DNA from: Patescibacteria group bacterium | GTDB taxonomy: Bacteria; Patescibacteriota; Patescibacteriia; UBA9934 | Direction of reading: 5' to 3' | Length of the DNA stretch: 64,000 bases | Assembly (NCBI GenBank): GCA_038064675.1 | Contig: JBBTSM010000002.1 | Span: forward strand, 70,507 to 134,506 | In this document: one piece after another, positions 47,909-59,300 of the stretch | Numbering within the stretch: position 1 is the stretch's first letter | How the letters are laid out: the number at the start of each line of letters is the position of its first letter | Notes under the pieces: generated by a model | What the model was told of the DNA's origin: nothing | The model's database searches: none | Seen by the model: the letters and a program-made list of their open reading frames with translations, nothing else | Program-made: the position numbers and the translations under genes

Positions 47909-47984
47909 GGCTGGGTAGCTCAGTTGGTAGAGCGCAGGACTCATAAGCCTGTTGTCGCGGGTTCGATTCCCGCCCCAGCTACCA
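47909..47984 (+). tRNA. tRNA with CAU anticodon (Met or Ile2-lysidine type), CCA encoded
   Basis: GGCTGGG..CCCAGCT acceptor (G1-U72), anticodon loop CUCAUAA; not initiator-like (no 3x GC anticodon stem). Confidence 0.8.
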
Positions 47985-48013
47985 AAAAGAACCGACTCGT
48001 TCGGTTCTTTTTT
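47985..48013 (+). terminator. rho-independent terminator after the tRNA (AAAAAGAACCGA ctcg TCGGTTCTTTTTT)
   Basis: perfect stem plus T6. Confidence 0.65.
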
Positions 48014-48046
48014 GATTTGTGCTTCTGTGCTATCGTGCTCACTACT

Positions 48047-48661
48047 ATGCTGTTTTCACGCAAAAACGCCGGAACGGAGGAGCACAAGTTCATGAAGTGG
48101 TTTGGGCCAACACTTGGAGCGTTCGCGTTGTTTGTGGTGGAAATCGTGCAAATCGCCGTTTTGGCACTGGCGATCATTTTGCCGGTGCGATACTTCCTTA
48201 TTCAGCCGTTCATCGTGAAGGGCGCTTCCATGGAGCCGAATTTCTACGACAGCGAATATCTTATTATCGACGAATTGACATTTCATTTTCGCAATCCAGA
48301 ACGTGGGGAAATTGTGGTGTTTCGTCCTCCGCAGCATACGGATCAGTACTACATTAAGCGCGTGATTGGGCTTCCGGGGGAGACGGTGGAAATCCGTAAT
48401 GGCGTGATTACCATTTACAACAACGATGTTCCAAATGGCTTTACACTCACAGAGTCCTATATCAGCGAGGTTACCGAGGGCCGGGATCGCCGTACGCTTG
48501 GGCCAGATGAATACTACGTGATGGGCGATAATCGCGACGCGAGTCTGGATTCTCGATACTTTGGCGCGGTTCCACGCGAAAACTTGGTGGGAAGGGTGTG
48601 GGTTCGTGGATTGCCGATTGATCGTGCAATGACGTTTGCTGTTCCAACGTATTCGGAGTAG
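48047..48661 (+). CDS. lepB: signal peptidase I (S26)
   Basis: GASMEPNF (catalytic Ser box), GDNRDASLDSRYFG box E; the start is uncertain (48047 or 48092). Confidence 0.8.
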   Translation: MLFSRKNAGTEEHKFMKWFGPTLGAFALFVVEIVQIAVLALAIILPVRYFLIQPFIVKGASMEPNFYDSEYLIIDELTFHFRNPERGEIVVFRPPQHTDQYYIKRVIGLPGETVEIRNGVITIYNNDVPNGFTLTESYISEVTEGRDRRTLGPDEYYVMGDNRDASLDSRYFGAVPRENLVGRVWVRGLPIDRAMTFAVPTYSE

Positions 48662-48675
48662 GATTCGTCTGATTT

Positions 48676-48819
48676 CATTGAGCGAGATGAGCGATCGGCG
48701 ATGACGCCTTGAGCGAATTGAGCGATGTGATTCCGGATATCGTTGTTCGTTTCTTTACTCGCCCATTTCGCTCAAGCGTAGCGATCGCCCAAGGTGGTAA
48801 CCCACCGGTCGCTCATTAT
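48676..48819. repeat. cluster of TCGCTCA / TGAGCGA heptamers (two TTGAGCGA-N2-TGAGCGAT direct pairs at 10-bp pitch; TTCGCTCAAGCGTAGCGATCGCCC; TCGCTCATT) upstream of hisS
   Basis: heptamer at 48679, 48689, 48711, 48721 (one orientation) and 48769, 48809 (other orientation); a GCGATCGC palindrome at 48779. Confidence 0.5.
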
Positions 48820-48833
48820 TTTCTCACTACACT

Positions 48834-50180
48834 ATGCCAAACGAAAAAGCAGCAGCGCCAGTCGTCGATGCGAAGAAGAAGTCGAAAACTCCTGAGACAC
48901 TTCGTGGATTCCGTGACGTATTAGCCGACGAACAGGCAGCGTGGGAAAAGATCGAGTCTTTGGCGCGAAGCATGACGCAGGCTTACGGCTTTGGTCGCAT
49001 TCGCATGCCAGTGCTGGAACAGACTGCGCTTTTTGAGCGATCCGTTGGGAAGGACACCGATATTGTTGAAAAGGAAATGTTTACGTTCGTTGATCAAGGT
49101 GGTGTGAAGATGACGTTGCGCCCAGAAGGTACTGCACAGGTTGCTCGAGCATACATTGAGCACGGCATGGTGAACCAGTCGCAGCCGGTGAAGCTTTGGT
49201 ATTTTGAGCCATTTTTCCGTCACGAACGACCACAAGCTGGCCGGTATCGTCAGTTCTACCAGTGGGGAATTGAAGCGATTGGATCCGACGATCCTGTCGT
49301 CGATGCGCAGGTGATTCTCATGGCGCAGCGTTTCTGTCGTGACCTTGGTCTTGATGTCATTGTCCAGATCAATTCACTCGGCACGCCAGCATCGCGTAAG
49401 GACTACATTGCCGAACTCGTGAAGTACTTTAAGATTCACAAGAAGGCACTTTCTGAAACAGACTTGAAGCGCCTCACGAAGAATCCATTGCGGCTGCTCG
49501 ATTCAAAGGAGCCAGGAATGGAGGAATTGAAGGCGAACGCACCACAGATTTTTGACTACCTCGACGAGGCGTCAAAGCAGCATTTCATGAAGGTCTTGGA
49601 ATATTTGGACGAGACTGAGGTGCCATATGCGCTGAACCCATGTTTGGTTCGCGGATTGGATTACTACACCAAGACGACATTTGAAATTGTGTTGAACAGC
49701 GCATCGTCGCCTGATCTTGAAGGCCTAGCGCTCGGCGGCGGCGGACGATACGATGGATTGATTCCGATACTTGGCGGCCGCGAGAACACGAGTGCAATGG
49801 GTGCGGCAATGGGAGTGGAGCGCATCGTGCTCGCGATGAAGGCGGCAAATGTGATGCCACCACGTCGCGAGAAGATTGATGTGTTCTTCTGTCAGCTTGG
49901 CGAAGGCGCGCGCCGGAAAGGCCTTGCCGTGTACGAGAAATTCCGCGAAGGCGGCATTATGGTGGGGGAGGCGTTTGGAAAAGGAACGCTCAAGGCCCAG
50001 CTCGAAATTGCGGATAAACTGAAGGCTCCAGTTGCGGTGATTCTCGGCCAGAAAGAAGTGCTCGACGGCACCATTATCATCCGCGACATGGAATCTGGTG
50101 CGCAGGAAATTGTGGACGTGGAAAAGGTGGTAAGCATTATCGCAAAACGTTTGAAGGATGTTGCGGAGAAGGGAATGTAG
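48834..50180 (+). CDS. hisS: histidyl-tRNA synthetase
   Basis: class II motifs, a HisRS-specific RPEGTA and a YQWG...GGGRYD region, and a C-terminal anticodon-binding domain. Confidence 0.9.
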   Translation: MPNEKAAAPVVDAKKKSKTPETLRGFRDVLADEQAAWEKIESLARSMTQAYGFGRIRMPVLEQTALFERSVGKDTDIVEKEMFTFVDQGGVKMTLRPEGTAQVARAYIEHGMVNQSQPVKLWYFEPFFRHERPQAGRYRQFYQWGIEAIGSDDPVVDAQVILMAQRFCRDLGLDVIVQINSLGTPASRKDYIAELVKYFKIHKKALSETDLKRLTKNPLRLLDSKEPGMEELKANAPQIFDYLDEASKQHFMKVLEYLDETEVPYALNPCLVRGLDYYTKTTFEIVLNSASSPDLEGLALGGGGRYDGLIPILGGRENTSAMGAAMGVERIVLAMKAANVMPPRREKIDVFFCQLGEGARRKGLAVYEKFREGGIMVGEAFGKGTLKAQLEIADKLKAPVAVILGQKEVLDGTIIIRDMESGAQEIVDVEKVVSIIAKRLKDVAEKGM

Positions 50181-50245
50181 AGACGACCCGTTGGGTCGTC
50201 TCGGATGAAAAAACAATTACGTGGCTGATATTAGCCACGTTTTTG
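50180..50245 (+). terminator. two successive hairpins after hisS (GAGACGACCC..GGGTCGTCTC, then ACGTGGCT..AGCCACGT + TTTTT)
   Basis: perfect stems; the second has a T5 tail. Confidence 0.55.
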
Positions 50246-50265
50246 TTTGCACTACCGAGAAAACC

Positions 50266-50294
50266 TTGACATTTTTGAGAAAAACCCTTAATCT
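50266..50294 (+). promoter_or_regulatory. sigma70-like promoter TTGACA-N17-TAATCT ahead of the GC-rich lipoprotein gene
   Basis: exact -35, 17-nt spacer. Confidence 0.4.
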
Positions 50295-50447
50295 CATCCC
50301 TCCTTTCTCTGGCCCGAATCCTGCGCGAATCCTAGCGATTTTCGTAGCATTAGGCCCGGAGGAAGAGCTTGCTCTTTCCAATGGTTACCGAAACGGCTTT
50401 CGCATCTCGCGACTGTCCGAACCCCTGAATGGAACGGAGTTCCAATC

Positions 50448-52187
<1,740 letters not shown>

Positions 52188-52243
52188 GAGGTTCGGCAGT
52201 CAACGTTCGGAGTTCGGCACACGGTGACCGCACGAACGACGAC

Positions 52244-52277
52244 GAGTCCCCCAGAAGCTTCGGCAGCTGGGGGACTC
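52244..52277 (+). terminator. hairpin GAGTCCCCCAG..CTGGGGGACTC after the GC-rich gene
   Basis: 11-bp stem, followed by TTCATATTT. Confidence 0.45.
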
Positions 52278-52315
52278 TTCATATTTAAGGAACTTTTTGT
52301 GAGCTGCCCGCTGTC

Positions 52316-52344
52316 TTGCTCATCTTTTTATACTCTGCTATCAT
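52316..52344 (+). promoter_or_regulatory. candidate promoter TTGCTC-N17-TATCAT for rpsU
   Basis: spacing fits; a GGAG ribosome-binding site 11 nt before the ATG. Confidence 0.3.
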
Positions 52345-52373
52345 CCTCCCATCTCTGAGAGGAGTGAAAAACT

Positions 52374-52625
52374 ATGTCTGATATTGAAGTCAAACGAAAA
52401 AAAGGTGAGAGCTTTGAAGCGGTATTTCGCCGTTTTAGCCGCCGCCAGCAGCAAAGTGGAAAAGTGCTCGACGTTCGCGCCGGCCGCTACTTCGCTCGCA
52501 CGCCAAAGCCAAACAAGGTAAAGAAGAGTAAGCTTCGCAGTCTTGAAAAAGGCGCAAAGCGTGAGTATCTCCTCAAAACCGGAAAGATCAAGGAAGAGGA
52601 TTTGCGTAAGCCAACCCGTCGATAA
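52374..52625 (+). CDS. rpsU: 30S ribosomal protein S21
   Basis: basic protein of about 83 aa, FRRFSRR...KRE pattern. Confidence 0.8.
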   Translation: MSDIEVKRKKGESFEAVFRRFSRRQQQSGKVLDVRAGRYFARTPKPNKVKKSKLRSLEKGAKREYLLKTGKIKEEDLRKPTRR

Positions 52626-52629
52626 TATC

Positions 52630-52666
52630 AAAAACGTCCCCGAGCAATCAGGGACGTTTTTGTTTT
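52630..52666 (+). terminator. rho-independent terminator after rpsU (AAAACGTCCC..GGGACGTTTTTGTTTT)
   Basis: perfect stem plus T-run. Confidence 0.65.
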
Positions 52667-52694
52667 CCGCCTTTTAGGCTACAATCGTTTCCAT

Positions 52695-53141
52695 ATGACT
52701 CTCTACGAACAGATCCGTGAGGACATGAAGGCCGCAATGAAGAATAAGGATTCGGCAACGCTCGACACCGTGCGGATGCTTATTTCATCGATTAAAAATA
52801 AGGCGATCGATCTTGGAAAGGAACTTGACGACGCCGATGTGGTTGCGACGATTAAGAGCGATCTTAAAAAACTGAAAGACGGACTCGAATCGTTCGCGTC
52901 TGCTGCTCGTGAGGACTTGGCGGAAAAGGCCAAGGCAGAAATCACAATTCTCGAAAAGTATTTGCCAGCGCAAATGACGGACGGCGAGTTAGAGGAAAAG
53001 GTTCGCGCAAAGCTTGCGGATCTTGGTATCACCGACATGGCATCAGTCGGAAAGGCAATGGGCGCGCTTATGACCGATCTCAAGGAATACGCTGACGGCT
53101 CCCGCATCAAGGCGGCAGTAGATAAAATCCTCAAGAAGTAA
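52695..53141 (+). CDS. GatB/YqeY-domain protein
   Basis: MTLYEQIREDMKAAMKNKD...typical YqeY helical sequence. Confidence 0.8.
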   Translation: MTLYEQIREDMKAAMKNKDSATLDTVRMLISSIKNKAIDLGKELDDADVVATIKSDLKKLKDGLESFASAAREDLAEKAKAEITILEKYLPAQMTDGELEEKVRAKLADLGITDMASVGKAMGALMTDLKEYADGSRIKAAVDKILKK

Positions 53142-53143
53142 TC

Positions 53144-53176
53144 CCTTCAGTCATCCCCGCGCAGGCGGGGATCCAG
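53144..53176. repeat. 33-nt CRISPR-repeat-like palindromic element, copy 2 (identical to 2501-2533)
   Basis: begins 3 nt after the stop of gene 52695-53141. Confidence 0.6.
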
Positions 53177-53181
53177 TGATC

Positions 53182-53323
53182 ATCGCAAGCTGGTGGCTCG
53201 GGTGCACATTTCTTCACTGCGCGTAACGATGCTACGCCGTTACGCCTCGCTTCGCTCGGCTACGGCTGTGTATCTGTACTGCTCGTTACGAAACGTGCAC
53301 CGCTCGCCACTGGTGCTTGCGAT
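53182..53323. other. imperfect nested hairpin of about 140 nt (ATCGCAAGC/GCTTGCGAT, GTGGC/GCCAC, GGTGCACATTTC/GAAACGTGCACC, CGTAACG/CGTTACG); candidate structured RNA or MITE-like relic
   Basis: all four stem pairs seen in sequence; no ORF. Confidence 0.45.
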
Positions 53324-53329
53324 ATCAGC

Positions 53330-53383
53330 CTCATTCGCTCAAGGGTAATCCCGATCGCTCAAGCGCAGCGATCGCTCATTCCT
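53330..53383. repeat. TCGCTCA heptamer array (ATTCGCTCAAGGG, ATCGCTCAAGCGCAGCGATCGCTCATT) upstream of hflX
   Basis: the 22-nt block GCTCAAGCG[T/C]AGCGATCGC is shared with 48769-48790; GCGATCGC palindrome. Confidence 0.5.
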
Positions 53384-53387
53384 TCCA

Positions 53388-54482
53388 ATGCCCACCCCGC
53401 AAAAAACCATTCTCGCCGACCTTATCCACTTCCGCGCCAGTGCGCGGGAGGCTTCGGATAGGATGGAGGAGCTCGAGGAGCTCGTCCGAACGTACGGCGG
53501 GGCAGTGGTGGTAAAGAACATCCAGCGAAAGGAAAAGCCGGACGGCCGAACGTTCATCGGAAAGGGAAAGGTTGAGGAAATCCTCGCAGACGCAAAGGCA
53601 CTTGGTGCAACGCTACTCGTCGTCAACCATGTACTTAAGCCAAGTCAGATTTTTCATTTGGAGGAAGAGTTGAAGCCAGCAAAGATGCGCGTGTGGGATA
53701 GGACCGATCTTATTTTGAATATTTTCGATAAGCACGCAAAAACTACGGAAGCGAAACTTGAAATCGAATTAGCTCGTATTCGGCACATGGGGCCGCGCAT
53801 TTACGACATGGGTGAGCAGCTTGGCCGTCAGCGTGGTGGAACGGGGACTCGAGGCGGAAGCGGAGAAGGGAACACTGAGGCAATGAAGCGCCACTTAAAG
53901 GAGCAGGAGCGGGCGATCATGAAGAAATTGGAGACGTATCAGGGCGTTCGCGACCGGCAGCGTGAGCGACGAGACAAGATGCGCCAGCGAACCGTGGCGT
54001 TGGTTGGGTATACGAACGCTGGGAAGACCTCGCTTTTGAACGTACTCACCAAACGCAAAGAACTTGCAGCCAACGTGTTGTTTGCCACGCTCGATACGCG
54101 CGTGGGCACCATGTACCTTCCGGCCATTGACGGAACAGCATTGCTTTCGGACACCATTGGGTTTATTCAGGGGCTTCCTCCTGAGCTTTTGGCATCGTTC
54201 CGTTCAACGCTTTCGGAGGCGATTAGTGCCGATCTTCTTCTTCACGTCATCGATGCGGCAGACGATAAGCGCGAAGAGAAGATTGCGGTCGTGGATGATA
54301 TTTTGAAAAAACTTGGTGTTACCAACACTCCCGTCATTCGTGTGTTCAACAAGATTGATGCGTGGCATCAAGGGTCTTTTCCAATGGAAGACGGAATGAT
54401 CGCGGTTTCCGCAAAAACCGGTGAAGGGCTTGAACACTTGCGCGACGCCATTGCACACATTTTTTCCCCAGCAAAAAAATAA
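53388..54482 (+). CDS. hflX: GTPase HflX
   Basis: HflX N-domain plus a G-domain (GYTNAGKTSLLN, DTIGF). Confidence 0.85.
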   Translation: MPTPQKTILADLIHFRASAREASDRMEELEELVRTYGGAVVVKNIQRKEKPDGRTFIGKGKVEEILADAKALGATLLVVNHVLKPSQIFHLEEELKPAKMRVWDRTDLILNIFDKHAKTTEAKLEIELARIRHMGPRIYDMGEQLGRQRGGTGTRGGSGEGNTEAMKRHLKEQERAIMKKLETYQGVRDRQRERRDKMRQRTVALVGYTNAGKTSLLNVLTKRKELAANVLFATLDTRVGTMYLPAIDGTALLSDTIGFIQGLPPELLASFRSTLSEAISADLLLHVIDAADDKREEKIAVVDDILKKLGVTNTPVIRVFNKIDAWHQGSFPMEDGMIAVSAKTGEGLEHLRDAIAHIFSPAKK

Positions 54483-54514
54483 AGGTGTTCATCCGAGTGC
54501 GGTATACTGTGCGC

Positions 54515-56314
54515 ATGATTTCATCCACTGTGCTCAAGGTCCTGAAGCGCGGCGCCATGCTTGCTGCGGTTGGGGTATTCATTGGAGTGCCGTTCCTTGT
54601 TTTCGCTGCAGACGCCAACCTTACGTCGGTTGCGTCTACATCGGGACTAGGAACCGACAGTCTCATGACGATCATCGGACGCGTCATCAACGTTGTTCTG
54701 AGTCTTTTGGGCGTGATCTTTTTGATTCTCTTGGTGTACGCCGGTGCAATTTGGATGACCGCTGGTGGTGATGGGAAAAAGGTGGACAAAGCAAAAGGTA
54801 TCTTAATCAACGCAGTGGTTGGTCTCCTTATCACGATGTCGGCATATGCGATTTCTGTGTTCGTGATTAACCTTCTTTCTGACGCAACGGGTGGAAATGG
54901 TCCGGGAAGTTCATCGGGAGGCCCTGTAGTAGAAACGCTCTCGAACTCTTTGGGATCTGGAGTGATCCGCGATCATTACCCTGCTCGCGGCGCAACGGAC
55001 GTTTCACGAAACACTCGAATGTTCGTGACCTTCCGTGACACCATGGATATTTCCTCTTTTATTACGGGCTACAGCACCAACGGAACACCAGAAGATGTTT
55101 CCGACGACACAGCGGCAACGGCGATCAACAGTACGAATGTCAAAATTTATGTGCGTGCGAATGGCGATTCTACGGCGCTGACCGACGTTGCGGTGTATTT
55201 TACAGAAGACTTAAAAACATTTGTTTTTGATCCGACGGAATATCTCGGATCTTCAACTGAGGACATAACGTACGCCGTGTATTTGAGTGATGCGATTAAG
55301 AACACCGACGGTGATACACCAATCGATTCCGGAGGATATCTCTGGTACTTCACTACGGGAACTACGATCGACATCAGCCCGCCAACTGTGCAATACGTCA
55401 TGCCAACCGACGGAACCACCAAAGATCGGAACATTGTCGTCCAAGCTATTTTTAGTGAAGCGATCGACCCAACATCCTCAACAGGAACGCGTTTGGCGGA
55501 CAGCGGGTTCTCGAATATTCAAATCATTGGAACATCCTCTACTGCACCAGTTGCTGGTGAATATGTTGTGAGCAACTCCTACAAAACCATCACGTTCACT
55601 TCCACCGATGCGTGCGGAACGAATTCGTGTGGTGAAACGATCTACTGCTTGCCTGGCGGTGAATCTATTACCTCCACCATTTACTCTGCAACACCAACGA
55701 GCACAACGGATCCTACGGCATCAATCTTCCCATACGACGGTATCGTAGACACATCCGGTAATTCGCTCGATGGAAATAGCGATGGATCTGTTGGAACAGA
55801 TGACGACTACGTTTGGGGCTTCACCACGACGAATGACATCAATCTTGACGCACCAGCAATCGAAAGCATCACTCCAAACATTGAGGAAGAGAATGTTGCA
55901 CTGGACCAGTCCATTCAAATCACGTTCGACTCGATTATCGACTCATCAACTGCGAGCTCGTCAAACATCCAGACGCTCAACAAAGAAATGTCGAGCACAA
56001 CGAGTCATGAGATGTGGTACTCATTCGGCGTGACGTCGCTTACAGCGGAAGGAGATGCTGTGCTTGTTGATTCGCAGGTTCCAGCGAAGTCGCTCGTCAC
56101 GATCTCTCACGGAACATTCTTAGCATCGGATCCAACGGTTCCGCTCTCGTACATGTACAGCGTGACAGCGAATCAAGGCGTGCGAAATGAGTATCAGAAC
56201 TGTTTTGTGCCTGGAGAAGGTCCTGATGCGATTGGCGGTACGTGTGGAACGACAACCGCAGTTCCGTACTGCTGCAATGGTGTTGCACAGACCACTGCCT
56301 GTGCGCTCTTCTAA
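54515..56314 (+). CDS. secreted surface protein: signal peptide, VirB2/TrbC-like two-helix pilin-type domain, Gly-rich linker, Ig-like/beta domains
   Basis: LGVIFLILLVYAGAIWMTAGGDGKKVDKAKGILINAVVGLLITMSAYAI followed by GGNGPGSSSGGP; Thr/Ser-rich beta-rich body. Confidence 0.7.
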   Translation: MISSTVLKVLKRGAMLAAVGVFIGVPFLVFAADANLTSVASTSGLGTDSLMTIIGRVINVVLSLLGVIFLILLVYAGAIWMTAGGDGKKVDKAKGILINAVVGLLITMSAYAISVFVINLLSDATGGNGPGSSSGGPVVETLSNSLGSGVIRDHYPARGATDVSRNTRMFVTFRDTMDISSFITGYSTNGTPEDVSDDTAATAINSTNVKIYVRANGDSTALTDVAVYFTEDLKTFVFDPTEYLGSSTEDITYAVYLSDAIKNTDGDTPIDSGGYLWYFTTGTTIDISPPTVQYVMPTDGTTKDRNIVVQAIFSEAIDPTSSTGTRLADSGFSNIQIIGTSSTAPVAGEYVVSNSYKTITFTSTDACGTNSCGETIYCLPGGESITSTIYSATPTSTTDPTASIFPYDGIVDTSGNSLDGNSDGSVGTDDDYVWGFTTTNDINLDAPAIESITPNIEEENVALDQSIQITFDSIIDSSTASSSNIQTLNKEMSSTTSHEMWYSFGVTSLTAEGDAVLVDSQVPAKSLVTISHGTFLASDPTVPLSYMYSVTANQGVRNEYQNCFVPGEGPDAIGGTCGTTTAVPYCCNGVAQTTACALF

Positions 56315-56323
56315 TTTGATTTT

Positions 56324-59300
56324 GTGAATCAACGATTGGCAAAACTCTTCACCATCGCGGGCCTCGGGCTTGTTTTGGGCGTTGGGGCGTTCGGTATTCG
56401 TCCATCGATCACACTCGCTGCGGACGTTGCCACCGACACACTGACATCGGTTGGGGGTGAGACAGGATTAAGTACAACGGATCCAAAGATCATCATTGGC
56501 AACATCATCCGAACCGGCCTTGGCGTCATTGGTATTATTTTAGTGTGTTTCATCGTGTACGGCGGTTTTGTGTGGATGACGGCTGCTGGTCGACCAGATC
56601 AGGTGGATAAAGCGAAGAAGATTCTCATCAACGCGGTGATTGGTTTGATCATCATCTTGATGTCATGGAGTATCGCCACGTTCGTAATTTCTTCACTGAC
56701 CAATGCGACGGGCACCGGTGGGCCCGGGGGGACGGGTGGAGGGGGCGGACCTGGTCCAGGACTTGGTGGTGGGAGTCCGTCATCGTTTACTGCGACAGGG
56801 TATTCTCCGTTTGGATCGGTGACGATTCGCAATATCGTTCCGCGCATTACGTTTAGTAAGACTGTTGATAGCACAACCGTTGATGCGAATATTACGATTA
56901 CAGACGCTTCTGGTACTGCGGTTGCGGGAACGTATGTGACAACCGGCAATTATGTGAAGTTTACGCCTGCGGCGGCGTGTCCTGATCCAAATTCCGACCG
57001 ATTCTGTTTTGATGAAAATGCGGTGTTCACGATTACCGTCGGAACTGGATTGCTGAGCTCGAGCGGAGCAGCGATCACGTGTAACACCACAACGCCGTGT
57101 AGATCGACGTTTACATCGGGATCCTTAGTTGATACGGAGGACCCTGTCGTTAGCATTGTTGTTCCAGAATCAAACGAAGGAGTCCCGACGGATTCCACCA
57201 TGACGGTGGAAGGGTATTTTACTGACGACGCGGGTATTGCTGGTGCGGATTTTCTGATCGACGACGAGTGGCAGGACAGCTTGCCGCCAATAGGGAATCC
57301 AACGGAAACCACGATTGATGCGGAGTTGAGTACCGTGAGTTTTATTGCGGGGGATAGGTATACCGTTTCTGTCACTGCAACGGACCTTGCAGGAAACACC
57401 AATACAGATTCCGTTTCTGTTCGTGCACAGCCGGAGTGGTGTTTTAACGGAGTCCTTGACGCGGATCTTGGAGAAACAGGTATCGATTGTGGCGGCGATG
57501 CTACAGCTACGACGTATTGTGGCGCCTGCGATGGTTCAAGTTGCACGGAGAGCGCTGATTGTGCAAGCGGATCTTGTGCAGCGGGCGTGTGTGAATCCAA
57601 TCCAATCATCACCGATGTCTCGCCGCGAGATGGTGTCGTTGGAACGTATGTGACGATTACCGGAACGGATTTTGGCGCAAATACCGGATCGATCCTCTTT
57701 ACTGATGCTGCGGGAACTGGAACGGTCGAAGCGGAGATTCTCACGAGCTGTGCGGATGGATGGAGCGACATGCAAGTTGTTGTTGCTGTTCCGACTGGTG
57801 CCGGTGACGGTCCAATCACGCTTACGAATGCGGACAATATCTCCGACACGACCGACGACGATTCCGGTGAGCTCGTTCCAAACTTTGATGTGAACGATAC
57901 CGTTCATCCGGGTTTGTGTTCGCTTTCGAAAACATCGGGCACGTCAACATCTGCACTGACGCTTTCTGGTGCGAACTTTGGATCAACACAGAGTACATCG
58001 ACGGTTTCGTTCTCATCTACCGCCGCAGGATCGTACACCGCGTGGTCTGACAGTTCGGCGAAGGTTACGGTGCCATCGGCAACAGCGGGGAGCTACGATG
58101 TTGGCATTACGGTTGGCGGCGAAGCGTCAAACACGATTGCGTTTACCATTTCCGAGACAACATCTGAAACGGCAACAATTACGGGAATCAGCCCCTCCGA
58201 AGGTGGTATCGGTCAGTACGTCACGCTCACTGGATCGAATTTTGGAACAGCGGTAGGGACGGTGACGTTTACTGGTTCCACTGGCGATACGGCAACCGGA
58301 AGTGTCGATTTCCCAGCTGCCTGTAGCTCGGATTATTGGGACGACAACGAAGTCGTCATCATTGTTCCAGACGTATTTGATAATGGCACAGCGCTTTCTG
58401 CTGGTGCATATACCGTGAGTGTTACTCCGCGAGGCGGAACGGCATCTTCGGCTGTGAATTTCACCGTTACCGAGGCTGCTCCAACCCCTGGAATTTGTAG
58501 TATTACTTCAACCGCTGATGTGGGAGGATCCGTGACCATTGTTGGTGATAGCTTTGGACTTGCTACGGACACGGTTACGTTCTACAACGCCGTGACAAGT
58601 ATCACGGCAACGTCGTGGAATAACAGCTCCATTGAAGTTGCGGTCCCAACGGGCGCGGTGACTGGTCCAGTTACTGTGACCGTTGGTGGCGTTGAGAGTA
58701 ACTCGGCGAATCTTACGGTCGGAGCAGTGGTGTCAACGACTACAACTGCGATTACTGCAGCATATGCGTGGGACTTCTCAACCGGTGAGATCATGGATGT
58801 TCCGGCTGTAGTAAGCGAGTGTTCTGCGGACACGGTTTCTGCAGTGCCGTCGAATACCTATTCTGAGCAGGCTGAGATCTGTGTGAACGCAGTGGTTTAC
58901 GCTGAATTCACAACATTGATGAATGAAGTGACAGTTGAAAATGCGCTTTCGGTAGTGAAATGTACCGCTGCAGTGAGTAGTCCAAGCGACGATCCATGTG
59001 CTATCACGGAAGCAGTTTCCGGAACTGCGACGGCAGCATCGTCCACATCCGCTTCGCGTGTAACGTGGATTCCTAATGTGGAATTTGATACTGATACTAC
59101 CTATCGCGTTACAGTTTCGACCGCGGCGCTTTCGATTGACAGTATTGCTATGGCGCGTAACGCGACGTGGGAATTCACCACTTCGCTCTCGACAGAACAT
59201 TGTGTTGTAGACCGGGTAACCGTTACGCCATCGGAAGACACGATTTCCGAGAAGTATGCCAACGCAAATTTCGCGGCAAATGCAGGAACCGGCTGCGTTG

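Noticed and set aside
48790-48815. T-box leader for hisS (GGTGGTAACCCACCGG)
   Set aside because: Only a simple GGTGG/CCACC hairpin; it lacks the ACCGCG half of the T-box consensus and has no terminator or antiterminator pair.
53182-53323. RNase P RNA, tmRNA or SRP RNA in the long hairpin region or elsewhere
   Set aside because: No GGAAAGTCCGG (RNase P), no tRNA-like/tag-ORF arrangement (tmRNA) and no GGAAGCAGCCA domain IV (SRP) were seen anywhere in the window.
56950-57849. 299-aa minus-strand ORF, and several 60-190 aa minus-strand ORFs between 58333 and 63557
   Set aside because: Antisense to the giant surface-protein gene, whose frame is continuous and rich in recognisable domains.
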